Origin: Anaerolineales bacterium
GTDB lineage: Bacteria; Chloroflexota; Anaerolineae; Anaerolineales; UBA4823
Direction of reading: 5' to 3'
DNA length: 64,000 nucleotides
Assembly (NCBI GenBank): GCA_025057645.1
Contig: JANXBJ010000007.1
Span: forward strand, 46,664-110,663
In this document: piece by piece, positions 8,633-17,142 of the stretch
How positions within the stretch are numbered: the first letter of the stretch is position 1
Layout: each line of letters opens with the position of its first letter
Translations under genes and position numbers: made by a program
The notes under the pieces: model-generated
Told to the model about the DNA's origin: nothing
What the model saw: the letters and a program-made list of their open reading frames with translations, nothing else
Databases searched by the model: none

Positions 8633-10099
8633 ATGGCGAAGATCGACTTGACGGTAATTCCCGAACGGCGCAAGCGAGCGGTGCAGCGTGTTCGCGAGCG
8701 CAATATTATCATCCCTACCTTTGCTCAAATGAAGGACCCCTCCCTGATCCCGGAAAAAATCAAGAATGAGCTAAAAGAAATTGGGTTATGGGACCTCAAC
8801 CCCCGCAACCTCTTCCGCATCACTTGGAAAAACGAGCCGGTGGAAAAGGGTGGGGGGTTTGGCAAAGTGAATTTCATCGAGCTGCCCTCTTCCCTAACCG
8901 GGGTGCCGGCGCGCATTATCGCTCTCGTAGGCAAATGGTTTCCCACGGGGGCACATAAGGTTGGCGCAGCGTTCGGTTGCCTCGTACCGCGTCTGGTTAC
9001 CGGGCAATTCGACCCCACCACGCAAAAAGCGGTTTGGCCATCCACGGGCAATTATTGTCGCGGCGGTGCCTATGACTCAGCACTTTTAGCTTGCGAGTCG
9101 ATCGCAATCTTGCCCGAGGGGATGAGCCGTGAACGTTTTGAGTGGCTCTCTAGAATCGCCGGTGAAGTCATTGCCACTCCCGGCAGCGAGTCAAATGTAA
9201 AGGAAATCTTCGATAAATGCTGGGAATTGCGCCGCTCTGGCCAAGACCTAATGATCTTCAATCAATTCGAGGAGTTTGGCAATTATCTCTGGCACTATGA
9301 GATCACCGGCCACGCTATGGAAGAGGTTCTCAAAGACACGATGCGCCCGAAAGATCGCTACTTCGGAATGGTCTCCGCTACGGGTTCGGCCGGGACCATT
9401 GCCAGCGGAGATTATATGAAACAGCTCTTCCCGGCAAGCAAGATTTGCGCCAGCGAGGCCCTTCAGTGCCCTACACTCCTCGAGAACGGCTTTGGCGCCC
9501 ACCGCATCGAAGGGATCGGGGATAAACACGTGCCTTGGATTCACAACGTCAAAAACACAGATTTGGTTGTTGCCATTGACGACAACGCAGTAGTCAACCT
9601 AGCCCGACTCTTCAACGAACCAGCAGGACGGGCATACCTTGTGAAAAGGGGTGTTCCGGAGCATATCGTCCAGAATCTGGACCTGCTCGGTTTTTCAGGC
9701 ATTTCGAACATTCTCTCTGCAATTAAGATGGCCAAATACTATGAATTAGGAGAGAACGACATCGTGTTGACTGTGTTGACTGACTCAATGGAGCTATACG
9801 GCAGCCGGCTGAAAGAGATGCGAGAGGAATTCGGCGAGTACACCGAACTCGATGCCGCAGCTCATTTTGCCCAATACTTACTCGGTCAATCCACCGACAA
9901 TATGCTGGAACTTCGTTATGTCGACCGACGACGGGTTCACAACCTCAAGTACTTTACTTGGGTTGAACAACAAGGGAAGACCTACGAGGAGATTCTCGAT
10001 CAGTGGTATCAGCCCACCTACTGGACCGACATTCAAAATCAAGTCGAAGAGATCGACGCTCTGATCGAGGAATTCAACCGAGATGTGGGGCTTATCTAG
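8633..10099 (+). CDS. Fold-type-II PLP-dependent enzyme (TrpB/CysK superfamily), specific function unknown
   Basis: PTGAHKVGAAF lysine motif and the glycine-rich SATGSAGT loop are typical of the tryptophan-synthase-beta/cysteine-synthase fold. The start is moved to ATG 8633, which is preceded by AAGGAG. Confidence 0.65.
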   Translation: MAKIDLTVIPERRKRAVQRVRERNIIIPTFAQMKDPSLIPEKIKNELKEIGLWDLNPRNLFRITWKNEPVEKGGGFGKVNFIELPSSLTGVPARIIALVGKWFPTGAHKVGAAFGCLVPRLVTGQFDPTTQKAVWPSTGNYCRGGAYDSALLACESIAILPEGMSRERFEWLSRIAGEVIATPGSESNVKEIFDKCWELRRSGQDLMIFNQFEEFGNYLWHYEITGHAMEEVLKDTMRPKDRYFGMVSATGSAGTIASGDYMKQLFPASKICASEALQCPTLLENGFGAHRIEGIGDKHVPWIHNVKNTDLVVAIDDNAVVNLARLFNEPAGRAYLVKRGVPEHIVQNLDLLGFSGISNILSAIKMAKYYELGENDIVLTVLTDSMELYGSRLKEMREEFGEYTELDAAAHFAQYLLGQSTDNMLELRYVDRRRVHNLKYFTWVEQQGKTYEEILDQWYQPTYWTDIQNQVEEIDALIEEFNRDVGLI

Positions 10100-10143
10100 G
10101 TAGTCCCTACGCCACCGGCATCGACCGATGCCCTAGGCAGCCC

Positions 10144-10178
10144 AAAGCGTCCGAAAGCTGTGCTTTCGGACGCTTTTT
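10144..10178 (+). terminator. Rho-independent terminator
   Basis: Perfect 14-bp stem aaagcgtccgaaag / ctttcggacgcttt with a 5-nt loop, running into T5. It begins 45 nt after the stop of 8633-10099. Confidence 0.85.
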
Positions 10179-10220
10179 CCTTATGCAGACAATGCCTTAT
10201 CTCCGAGTATAATAAACCCT

Positions 10221-10799
10221 GTGCTAGATCCAAGTGCTTTAATCCTCGTTGCCATTCTAAAATCACCCCGCGACCTAGAAATTGCTCGCGTATTAGGGTG
10301 GTACCGCATTCCGATGCGTTCGGCACCCAAAGTGATCCCGGTGGATTACTTGGCACTATATCAGACCGCTGCCTTCGGGAAGGCTAAGTGGCGCATCGAA
10401 TATATAGCCGAAATTCGCGGGGTAGAACTGACCACCCGAGGCGAGTTGTTGCAAAATGAGTTGGACCACCCCTACGCCAATCAAGAATACTACAAAGTCC
10501 AACTTGGACCGCTAGTTTCCCTTGAAAATCCGCTACCGGTGGGACGATGGAAGCGGATCACCTTCTTCTATACCCTAGGGGAGTACTTCCTGCGCGCAAA
10601 GAGTGTCGATGACCTAATTCTGGCGGAAGGAGACCGCGCCGGTGTATGGCGGGCTCTGCGTGAACGGAATACCCAAGCATACCCCAGTGGAAAGCCAGAG
10701 GAATCAGAAACCGAACTCTCCCCAACGTTACTAGCAGCTCTCCTGGGGATTGCTGGAGCCTGGAAGGTCTATTCCAAAAGTTCAGAGAGAGGTGTGTGA
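10221..10799 (+). CDS. Hypothetical protein (no family recognised)
   Basis: 192-aa ORF with a GTG start. No motif I can assign (…ARVLGWYRIPMRSAP…). Its stop overlaps the start of the hydantoinase gene. Confidence 0.6.
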   Translation: MLDPSALILVAILKSPRDLEIARVLGWYRIPMRSAPKVIPVDYLALYQTAAFGKAKWRIEYIAEIRGVELTTRGELLQNELDHPYANQEYYKVQLGPLVSLENPLPVGRWKRITFFYTLGEYFLRAKSVDDLILAEGDRAGVWRALRERNTQAYPSGKPEESETELSPTLLAALLGIAGAWKVYSKSSERGV

Positions 10800-12226
10800 T
10801 GAACGGTAGTCGACCAATCTTGATTAGGAACGTGGATGTCCTCACTGCGAGCGAAAAATTCCGCGCAGATATCTTGGTTGTAGGCGAGAAAATTCATACC
10901 ATAGGAGTAGACATTCCCACAGAAAATTGCGAAATAATCGATGGCAGTGGTCTCACAGCAATGCCGGGAGGAGTAGACGTACACACTCACTTCGATTTAC
11001 CGATGTTTGGGACGGTATCCAGCGATGATCACTATACCGGCCATAAGGCTGCAGCTTTCGGTGGAACCACCACGGTGATCGACTTCGTTCCCCTAGACAA
11101 GCCCACTCTAGAGGAAAGCATTGCTGCTTGGCGGGAGAAAGCCGACCCCAAAGCCGCCATTGACTTCAGTTTCCACATGAACATCTCCCGCTGGAACGAG
11201 ACTATCGCTAGGGAGATCCCCCGTTTGGTAGATTGGGGAATCCCTTCGATCAAGGTCTTCACGGCATACAACAACCGTTTGCGCATCAGCGATGGCGAAA
11301 TTTTCTCGGCTATGCGCATCGCCAAAGAGTACGGCATCCTAACTATGTTGCATGCCGAGAACGGCGACGTGATCGAAACCCTCGTCCAAGAGGCTTTGTC
11401 CCAAGGCAAAACCACCCCAGAATGGCATGCCCACACTCGACCAAGCTGGGGGGCTGTGGAAGCCACTCTGCGCGGTATTGCCCTAGCAGCGCAAAGCGGT
11501 GCTCCGCTCTATATCGTGCATATGAATGCCGGTGGCGAGGTTGACCAGTTAGCCTACGGACGTGAAAAGGGTGTGCCTGTGATGGGCGAAACTTGCCCTC
11601 AATACCTTTTCTTTACGGTAGAGCACCTGCGACGGCCGGATGGTGCCAAGTGGGTTTGTTCACCCCCGATGCGAACGCCAGAAGACAACGAAAGGCTTTG
11701 GCAGGGCTTAGCTCAGGGAATCTTGCAGACGGTAGGGACCGACCACTGTCCCTTCTTCTACGACGGCACTCGACCGATTCTTTATGAAGGAAAGCCAATC
11801 GCCATCCCTGGCAAGGAGTTAGGCAAGGATGATTTCACCAAGATCCCAAATGGCTTGCCCGGCGTCGGTGATCGCTTGCCCATCCTTTGGACCTACGGCG
11901 TGCGCACCGGAAAAATCTCCGAAAACCAATTTGTAGCCCTCAACTGCACTAACCCGGCGAAAATCTTCGGTCTATATCCTCAAAAAGGAGCTCTTCTTCC
12001 CGGCTCAGATGCCGACATCGTTCTCTGGGATCTCAACAAAAAGCTCACCTATGGGGTAGCGGTGGCACAACACCGCACCGACTACAATTTATACGAAGGA
12101 TGGGAGTTGGTCGGCTACCCCGTCAAGGTGTTCCTCAGAGGACAGTTGATCGTGGATGGCGATCAATGGCTCGGCAAAGCAGGACAAGGCCGCTTCCTTA
12201 AGCGCACACCCGGAACAGTGCTCTAA
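10796..12226 (+). CDS. Dihydropyrimidinase / D-hydantoinase (cyclic amidohydrolase)
   Basis: GGVDVHTHF metal motif, GGTTTVIDF, PSIKVFTAY (carboxylated-Lys region), HAENGD and GTDHCPF. The alternative ATG at 10799 overlaps the upstream TGA. Confidence 0.9.
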   Translation: MMNGSRPILIRNVDVLTASEKFRADILVVGEKIHTIGVDIPTENCEIIDGSGLTAMPGGVDVHTHFDLPMFGTVSSDDHYTGHKAAAFGGTTTVIDFVPLDKPTLEESIAAWREKADPKAAIDFSFHMNISRWNETIAREIPRLVDWGIPSIKVFTAYNNRLRISDGEIFSAMRIAKEYGILTMLHAENGDVIETLVQEALSQGKTTPEWHAHTRPSWGAVEATLRGIALAAQSGAPLYIVHMNAGGEVDQLAYGREKGVPVMGETCPQYLFFTVEHLRRPDGAKWVCSPPMRTPEDNERLWQGLAQGILQTVGTDHCPFFYDGTRPILYEGKPIAIPGKELGKDDFTKIPNGLPGVGDRLPILWTYGVRTGKISENQFVALNCTNPAKIFGLYPQKGALLPGSDADIVLWDLNKKLTYGVAVAQHRTDYNLYEGWELVGYPVKVFLRGQLIVDGDQWLGKAGQGRFLKRTPGTVL

Positions 12227-12236
12227 CTCCAAGTTT

Positions 12237-13784
12237 ATGATCCCCTCTTTCTTCCTAGCAGGCGCGGTTTTCCTGCCATTTCTGGCAGGGGTGGCGGTGA
12301 TGATTTCCCGAGCGAGCAAAGCTAGGCTGGGTTTGCAGTGGATGTTGGCTTTCCTAGGGGTCGCCCTAAGTTGGCTATTCCTATTTGGGTTGCGCTTTTC
12401 CTTGCCACACTCTCTTTCCCTGGCAACTTGGCAGCCTCAAATCCTCTTTCCGCTCTCTCCGGAGTTGCTGGCCGATGGGTTTTCGTGGGCTGTAGCTCTG
12501 GCCTTAGCCACTGCAGGGGGCGCGGTGCTCCTCACCGAAGCAACTAACCCTTCGGGGAGTCTGGTCTTCGGGTGGACCTCTAGCCTCATCTTACTTGGGC
12601 TGGGCTTGTTCGCAGTCTTTGCCGGCAACGAACTCACCCTTCTACTGGCCTGGGCGGCGATCGATCTGGTTGAGCTAGGAATTTGGCTCAGCCGACCTGC
12701 GCAACCGACCTTGCGCGAGCGGGTGATTTTGGCTTTTTCCTCTCGGACATTTGGGGTGATGCTCGCTTTGTGGGGGTTAGGCAGTCCCTGGGCCTACGGG
12801 CTTTCGATCTTGCTGCGTTGGGGAGTGTTTCCTTTTCACCTCCCTTATTTGGAGTCTCAAGAACTCCGCCGCGGCTTGGGCACAATAATCCGCCTCGTTC
12901 CGCCCTTGACAACCATTCCGCTACTTGCCCGCCTCGCAGACTACGCTTATTTCCAAACCCAAGAAGGCATTGGGCTATTGATCAGCCTAATTAGCCTTGC
13001 TGCAACTATCTTGTGGCTTAACAGCACCCAGCCTCTCGAGGGGCGCCCTTTTTGGATTATCGCCACTGCAGCGTTTGCCTTCTATGCTGCAACGATCAAC
13101 CGTCCCGAAGCCGTTATCGCCTGGGGGATGATCCTCGCCTTTTGTGGAGTTTTGTTATTCGTCTTCGAGAGTCGGCCCCGCCTTTGGCCGGTCGGCATTG
13201 GCGCGCAAATGCTTTTGCTGCTTGGTTTACCTTTCACACCGTTTTGGGACATACTCCGAATCTACCGTTCAGAATGGACTCTGCCCGAAGTCCTGCTTTC
13301 CCTTTCCCACCTGTTCCTAGCTGCGGGCTACCTACGATTCCTGCTGCAAAAGCCTGATGTGCCTCTTCCCGGAGAGCCTTGGGGAAAAGCCCTGTACCCG
13401 CTGGCTTTCTACGCTACGCTTGGAGTGTCTGTCGCAATCGGATACGGGGGTTGGAGAAGCACACTCGAAACAGCTCTGGAGAGTCCCTATCTCGTTCTGC
13501 GCACTCCGCTCGACTATCTTCTCGGACTCGGGCTAAGCCTTGCAGGGATCGGATTTGCGTTCGGTGCCAAGCAGCTCCACCTCAAACGGCAGTTTCCCGC
13601 AGCCTGGGTCGATCTCCTCTCCCTCGAGTGGATATACCAAGCCCTACGATGGAGCTTTCATCAACTCGGCACGCTTTACCGCCAAGTTGAAACGATTCTG
13701 GAAGGGAGAGGTGGGCTTTTGTGGGCATGGGTGGTCTTGCTCCTCCTTTTCCGAACTTTCTCCCTGCTGAGTAGAGGGGAATAG
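12237..13784 (+). CDS. Polytopic membrane protein, divergent NuoL/M/N (antiporter-like) fold suspected
   Basis: About 14 hydrophobic segments. GVFPFHLPYL resembles the PFHxWLP segment of proton-conducting subunits, but the usual charged residues are absent. The start at ATG 12237 is uncertain (no SD). Confidence 0.5.
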   Translation: MIPSFFLAGAVFLPFLAGVAVMISRASKARLGLQWMLAFLGVALSWLFLFGLRFSLPHSLSLATWQPQILFPLSPELLADGFSWAVALALATAGGAVLLTEATNPSGSLVFGWTSSLILLGLGLFAVFAGNELTLLLAWAAIDLVELGIWLSRPAQPTLRERVILAFSSRTFGVMLALWGLGSPWAYGLSILLRWGVFPFHLPYLESQELRRGLGTIIRLVPPLTTIPLLARLADYAYFQTQEGIGLLISLISLAATILWLNSTQPLEGRPFWIIATAAFAFYAATINRPEAVIAWGMILAFCGVLLFVFESRPRLWPVGIGAQMLLLLGLPFTPFWDILRIYRSEWTLPEVLLSLSHLFLAAGYLRFLLQKPDVPLPGEPWGKALYPLAFYATLGVSVAIGYGGWRSTLETALESPYLVLRTPLDYLLGLGLSLAGIGFAFGAKQLHLKRQFPAAWVDLLSLEWIYQALRWSFHQLGTLYRQVETILEGRGGLLWAWVVLLLLFRTFSLLSRGE

Positions 13785-13787
13785 GGC

Positions 13788-14414
13788 TTGAGCCAGCAAT
13801 GGGTAAGCTTTCTGGGTGTTCTCCTTGCTGTCGGGGCTGCCCTATATAATCTCATTTCTTCGGACTGGCGTTGGAGAATGCTAGCGCTTGGGGTTCAAGG
13901 GATCGGCTTCTTTCTGCTCTGTTTTCAAAGTCTCTCGCTTGGATTGTCTCTGGTGAAGTTCATCGAGAGTTGGACAGCGGTGGCGATCATCGGCACAGCT
14001 TTGGCGAATACAGCCCGTAATCCTGCCCGGGGAAGATCGGTGGAGAGAGAGACAAGCGGTCCTTTTCATTTTCCGTTTTCTGCGAGGGCATTCCGCCTTG
14101 CAATGGCCGTCCTTATCGGCATAGCGCTTCCCCAAGCAGTCTGGCACTTAATGTCTCTGTTCGGCGGCCTTGGCTTCTTCCATGCTATAGCTGCTCTCGC
14201 ACTCAGTAGCATTTCTCTGCTGATTTTGAGCTTTCGGACCTCCACCCTTTCGATTGCGATTGGACTGCTCACATTTTTCCAAGGTTTCGAAATCCTTTTT
14301 GCTGCGATCGAACCCTCGCTCATGCTTACCGGTCTACTGGCGGCTATCGTCTTGAGCACGGCCTTCCTTTGCGCTTATTTCCTTCGGGTGGAAGAGGAGC
14401 GTCAAGCCCGATGA
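13788..14414 (+). CDS. Small polytopic membrane protein, C-terminal half NuoK/MrpC-like (tentative)
   Basis: 208 aa with a TTG start 4 nt after the upstream stop. The GFEILFAAIE segment resembles the GLEIMINA helix of NuoK. Confidence 0.4.
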   Translation: MSQQWVSFLGVLLAVGAALYNLISSDWRWRMLALGVQGIGFFLLCFQSLSLGLSLVKFIESWTAVAIIGTALANTARNPARGRSVERETSGPFHFPFSARAFRLAMAVLIGIALPQAVWHLMSLFGGLGFFHAIAALALSSISLLILSFRTSTLSIAIGLLTFFQGFEILFAAIEPSLMLTGLLAAIVLSTAFLCAYFLRVEEERQAR

Positions 14415-15820
14415 ATGCCCCTTTAGTGTGGATCGGGCTGCCCACGCTCTTTTCCATCGCTCTGCTTCTCCTCCTCCGTTGGAGAAAGGTCGCCGCCCTA
14501 AGCGGAAGCATTTTCGCGCTCGGCCTGGCCAGCGCAGCTTGGGCGCTACCTGTCGGGGAAAGGGTACAAGTTGGGGTTCTGAGCTTTGAGATCGAGGCAA
14601 GCTGGCTCTTATTTGGAAGAAGCTTCATATTGGAGAGCTCCGACCGACCCTTGGTCATCCTGCTCAACCTCGCTATCGCTCTCTGGTTTGTCGGTACTCT
14701 CAGCAGTGAAGTTCATCCCTTCTTTTTCCCCCTGGGAATGGGCCTGAGCGTAGCTCTGATAGCCGCTGTTCTCATTCAACCCCTTTACTACGGCGCCATT
14801 CTCGTCCAGTTAGCCGCAGTGATTTCGCTCCTTTTGTTCGTCAGTGATTACCCAGAAATTGATCTAGGGATCAAGCGTTTTTGGGTCTTTCAGAGCCTTG
14901 CGATGCCTCCGCTGCTCTTTGCGGGCTGGTTGCTCGAGGGAAACGAAGCGAGTCCAGATGCAATTCCAAGCCTCTCTCTGCTGATTCCCCTTCTGCTCGG
15001 CTACAGCCTATTGCTCAGTGGAGTGCCTTTCCAAAGCTGGCTGCCTGCCGTTGCCCAGCACGCTAACCCCTTCTCCTTCGCCTTTACCCTCTTTGTTGCT
15101 TCCTTTACGACTGTCCTTTTTGCCTTTTCTCTCGTCCGGGAATTTGCTTGGCTGGTCTCCTCACCCTGGATAATCGCCTTTTTCAGCCTCCAAGGTCTGA
15201 TGATGAGCCTTATCGGCGGATTGGGTGCGCTCTATCATCGCCACCTAGGCCGGTTTCTAGGATATATCCTAGTTAAGGAGCTTGGGTTTAATTTTCTGAT
15301 CTTAGGCCTAGGGTTGCTCTCGTCGGAGAAGTCGCCCTTGCTTGCGCTCCTCTTTTTGCAAGCCTTGCCTCGCGGACTTGCGCTAGCTCTATTGACATTT
15401 GCCTCTAATATCTATCGGGACCAAAGGGGGAGTCTATCCATTCAGGACCTGGTTGGAATAGGGAGGCAGTATCCGCTGGCCACCTTCGCATATTTTGTTG
15501 CAGTGTTAACTCTGGCGGGCTTTCCACTGACCGCTGCCTTTCCGACACACCTTCCGATCTGGCAAGGTTGGTTTGAACGCTTCCCGCCAATCGCCATTAG
15601 CGCAGTGTTTGGGAGTATTGGAGTGATGATCGGCGGCTTGCGCACTTTAGCAGCCTTGATCCGCAGCACAGGCGAGCCGGGATGGGTCTCTTCTGAGCTT
15701 CACGGCCAAAGGGTTCTCTTGACCGTTGGAGGGCTTGGGTTGCTCCTAGCCGGCATCTTCCCCCAATGGTTCTTCCCGCTGCTGTTCCAAATGGGTTTGA
15801 CCTTCCTCCAAGGAGGATAA
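14411..15820 (+). CDS. Polytopic membrane protein, divergent NuoL/M/N (antiporter-like) family
   Basis: ATGA overlap with the upstream gene. GVPFQSWLPAVAQHANP, ALYHRHLGRFLGYILVKELGFNFLILG and LTLAGFPLTAAFPTH follow the spacing of conserved PF00361-type blocks, but the Lys/His/Glu positions are substituted. Confidence 0.55.
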   Translation: MNAPLVWIGLPTLFSIALLLLLRWRKVAALSGSIFALGLASAAWALPVGERVQVGVLSFEIEASWLLFGRSFILESSDRPLVILLNLAIALWFVGTLSSEVHPFFFPLGMGLSVALIAAVLIQPLYYGAILVQLAAVISLLLFVSDYPEIDLGIKRFWVFQSLAMPPLLFAGWLLEGNEASPDAIPSLSLLIPLLLGYSLLLSGVPFQSWLPAVAQHANPFSFAFTLFVASFTTVLFAFSLVREFAWLVSSPWIIAFFSLQGLMMSLIGGLGALYHRHLGRFLGYILVKELGFNFLILGLGLLSSEKSPLLALLFLQALPRGLALALLTFASNIYRDQRGSLSIQDLVGIGRQYPLATFAYFVAVLTLAGFPLTAAFPTHLPIWQGWFERFPPIAISAVFGSIGVMIGGLRTLAALIRSTGEPGWVSSELHGQRVLLTVGGLGLLLAGIFPQWFFPLLFQMGLTFLQGG

Positions 15821-15908
15821 GGCGGAGTTAATGGGCAGTCCAGGACTTGGACGATTCCTGTCCACCTCTATTTACCAAAGTCCAAAGGACTCTGAGGGGG
15901 TATGCCCG

Positions 15909-15917
15909 TGCTATAAT
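15909..15917 (+). promoter_or_regulatory. Extended -10 promoter element (TGcTATAAT)
   Basis: tgctataat at 15909-15917, about 40 nt upstream of the AAGGAG-preceded ATG at 15958. Confidence 0.45.
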
Positions 15918-15957
15918 CGACTCAAGAAACCTTCACCGCTTATGCCAAGGAGCCTTG

Positions 15958-17133
15958 ATGCAATCCGAACAAATCCTCAAGCAACTGAATTGGCTGGATG
16001 ACGAACGGCGTAAGGATAAAGCAACCATTGCCTCTCTTGAGGAAAAGGTCAAAGCCCTAGAACAAAGCCTGCAAATCGCCGATCAACAAATCAAAGAATT
16101 ATCCACCGAGTTGAGTCGCCTTAAGTCGTTGGGAGGCCGCGTCGAGCAAATCGACGAAGCTGTCATGAGATTCAGGCTCGAAGTCAAGCAGCAGTTTGAA
16201 GAGTGGGAAAAAGAGACCCAGCGACGCGAGCAGGAAGCGGAGAAGCTTCGCCAAGTCGAAATCAAGGGTCTAGACACCTCGATCCTCGAACTGCGCAAGG
16301 AACTGAGCACCCTCGCCGAGGTCCGCCGCAGCCTACAAACCCGTATTGAAGAAGAAATGCGCCTATCGCGCACAATAGGCCAACTTGAAGAGAAAATCGC
16401 TGAACTTCAACGAACAGAGGAGGAGTATAACCGTCTTCTTCGCCAAGCGGAGGAGAATCGACGTCAGGATGCCCGCAAGATCACCGATCTACAAGGGGAA
16501 GCCATGGCACTTCGCAAACTCTACAACGAGCTCCAAGCGCAGCTTGAATTGGCCAGTGTGGCTGCAAAGCGAATCGAAAATCGAATGGCTGAGCTGGAAA
16601 ACACCTTCGGCGAGCTCAAACAAGCACAGAGCAAGTTCATCGAAGAACAGGCTTTACTCCAACTCGAACGAGAACGACTGTGGAAAGAGTGGCAAGCGAA
16701 GATCGAACAATCGGAACAGATGAATGCCGAGGCGGAGAAGACCATTCAGACCGTAGACTCCACCAGCCGTGCAGTACAGAGGGCACACCAGGCTATTGAG
16801 GAACTGATCCAAAAGGTCGAGCGACGGGTTAGCGAACTCACCGAACTGCAGCGCCTAGGCGAAGAGCGGCTACGTCAAGAATGGGTGACTTTCAAAAGCG
16901 ATGATCAAAAGCGCTGGACGAATTACTCCCTTGTCCAAGAGGAGATCCGCTCCGATCTAGTACGCCAGATCGAAAAAATTACCGGCCAACTCAACGAACA
17001 CGAAGAAGGTCTCCGGACGATTCAGGAGTCGATGGCTCTTTTGAACGAACAACTGGAACGCAACCTGCGCAACATACTCAATGCTATCTATAGTTGGGCT
17101 GCGGAATACGACCGCACTAAACACACTCTTTAG
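15958..17133 (+). CDS. Coiled-coil protein, function unknown
   Basis: 391 aa of almost uninterrupted heptad-like E/K/Q/L/R-rich sequence with no TM segment. The start is trimmed to ATG 15958, which has an AAGGAG SD. Confidence 0.7.
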   Translation: MQSEQILKQLNWLDDERRKDKATIASLEEKVKALEQSLQIADQQIKELSTELSRLKSLGGRVEQIDEAVMRFRLEVKQQFEEWEKETQRREQEAEKLRQVEIKGLDTSILELRKELSTLAEVRRSLQTRIEEEMRLSRTIGQLEEKIAELQRTEEEYNRLLRQAEENRRQDARKITDLQGEAMALRKLYNELQAQLELASVAAKRIENRMAELENTFGELKQAQSKFIEEQALLQLERERLWKEWQAKIEQSEQMNAEAEKTIQTVDSTSRAVQRAHQAIEELIQKVERRVSELTELQRLGEERLRQEWVTFKSDDQKRWTNYSLVQEEIRSDLVRQIEKITGQLNEHEEGLRTIQESMALLNEQLERNLRNILNAIYSWAAEYDRTKHTL

Positions 17134-17142
17134 AGACAACAA

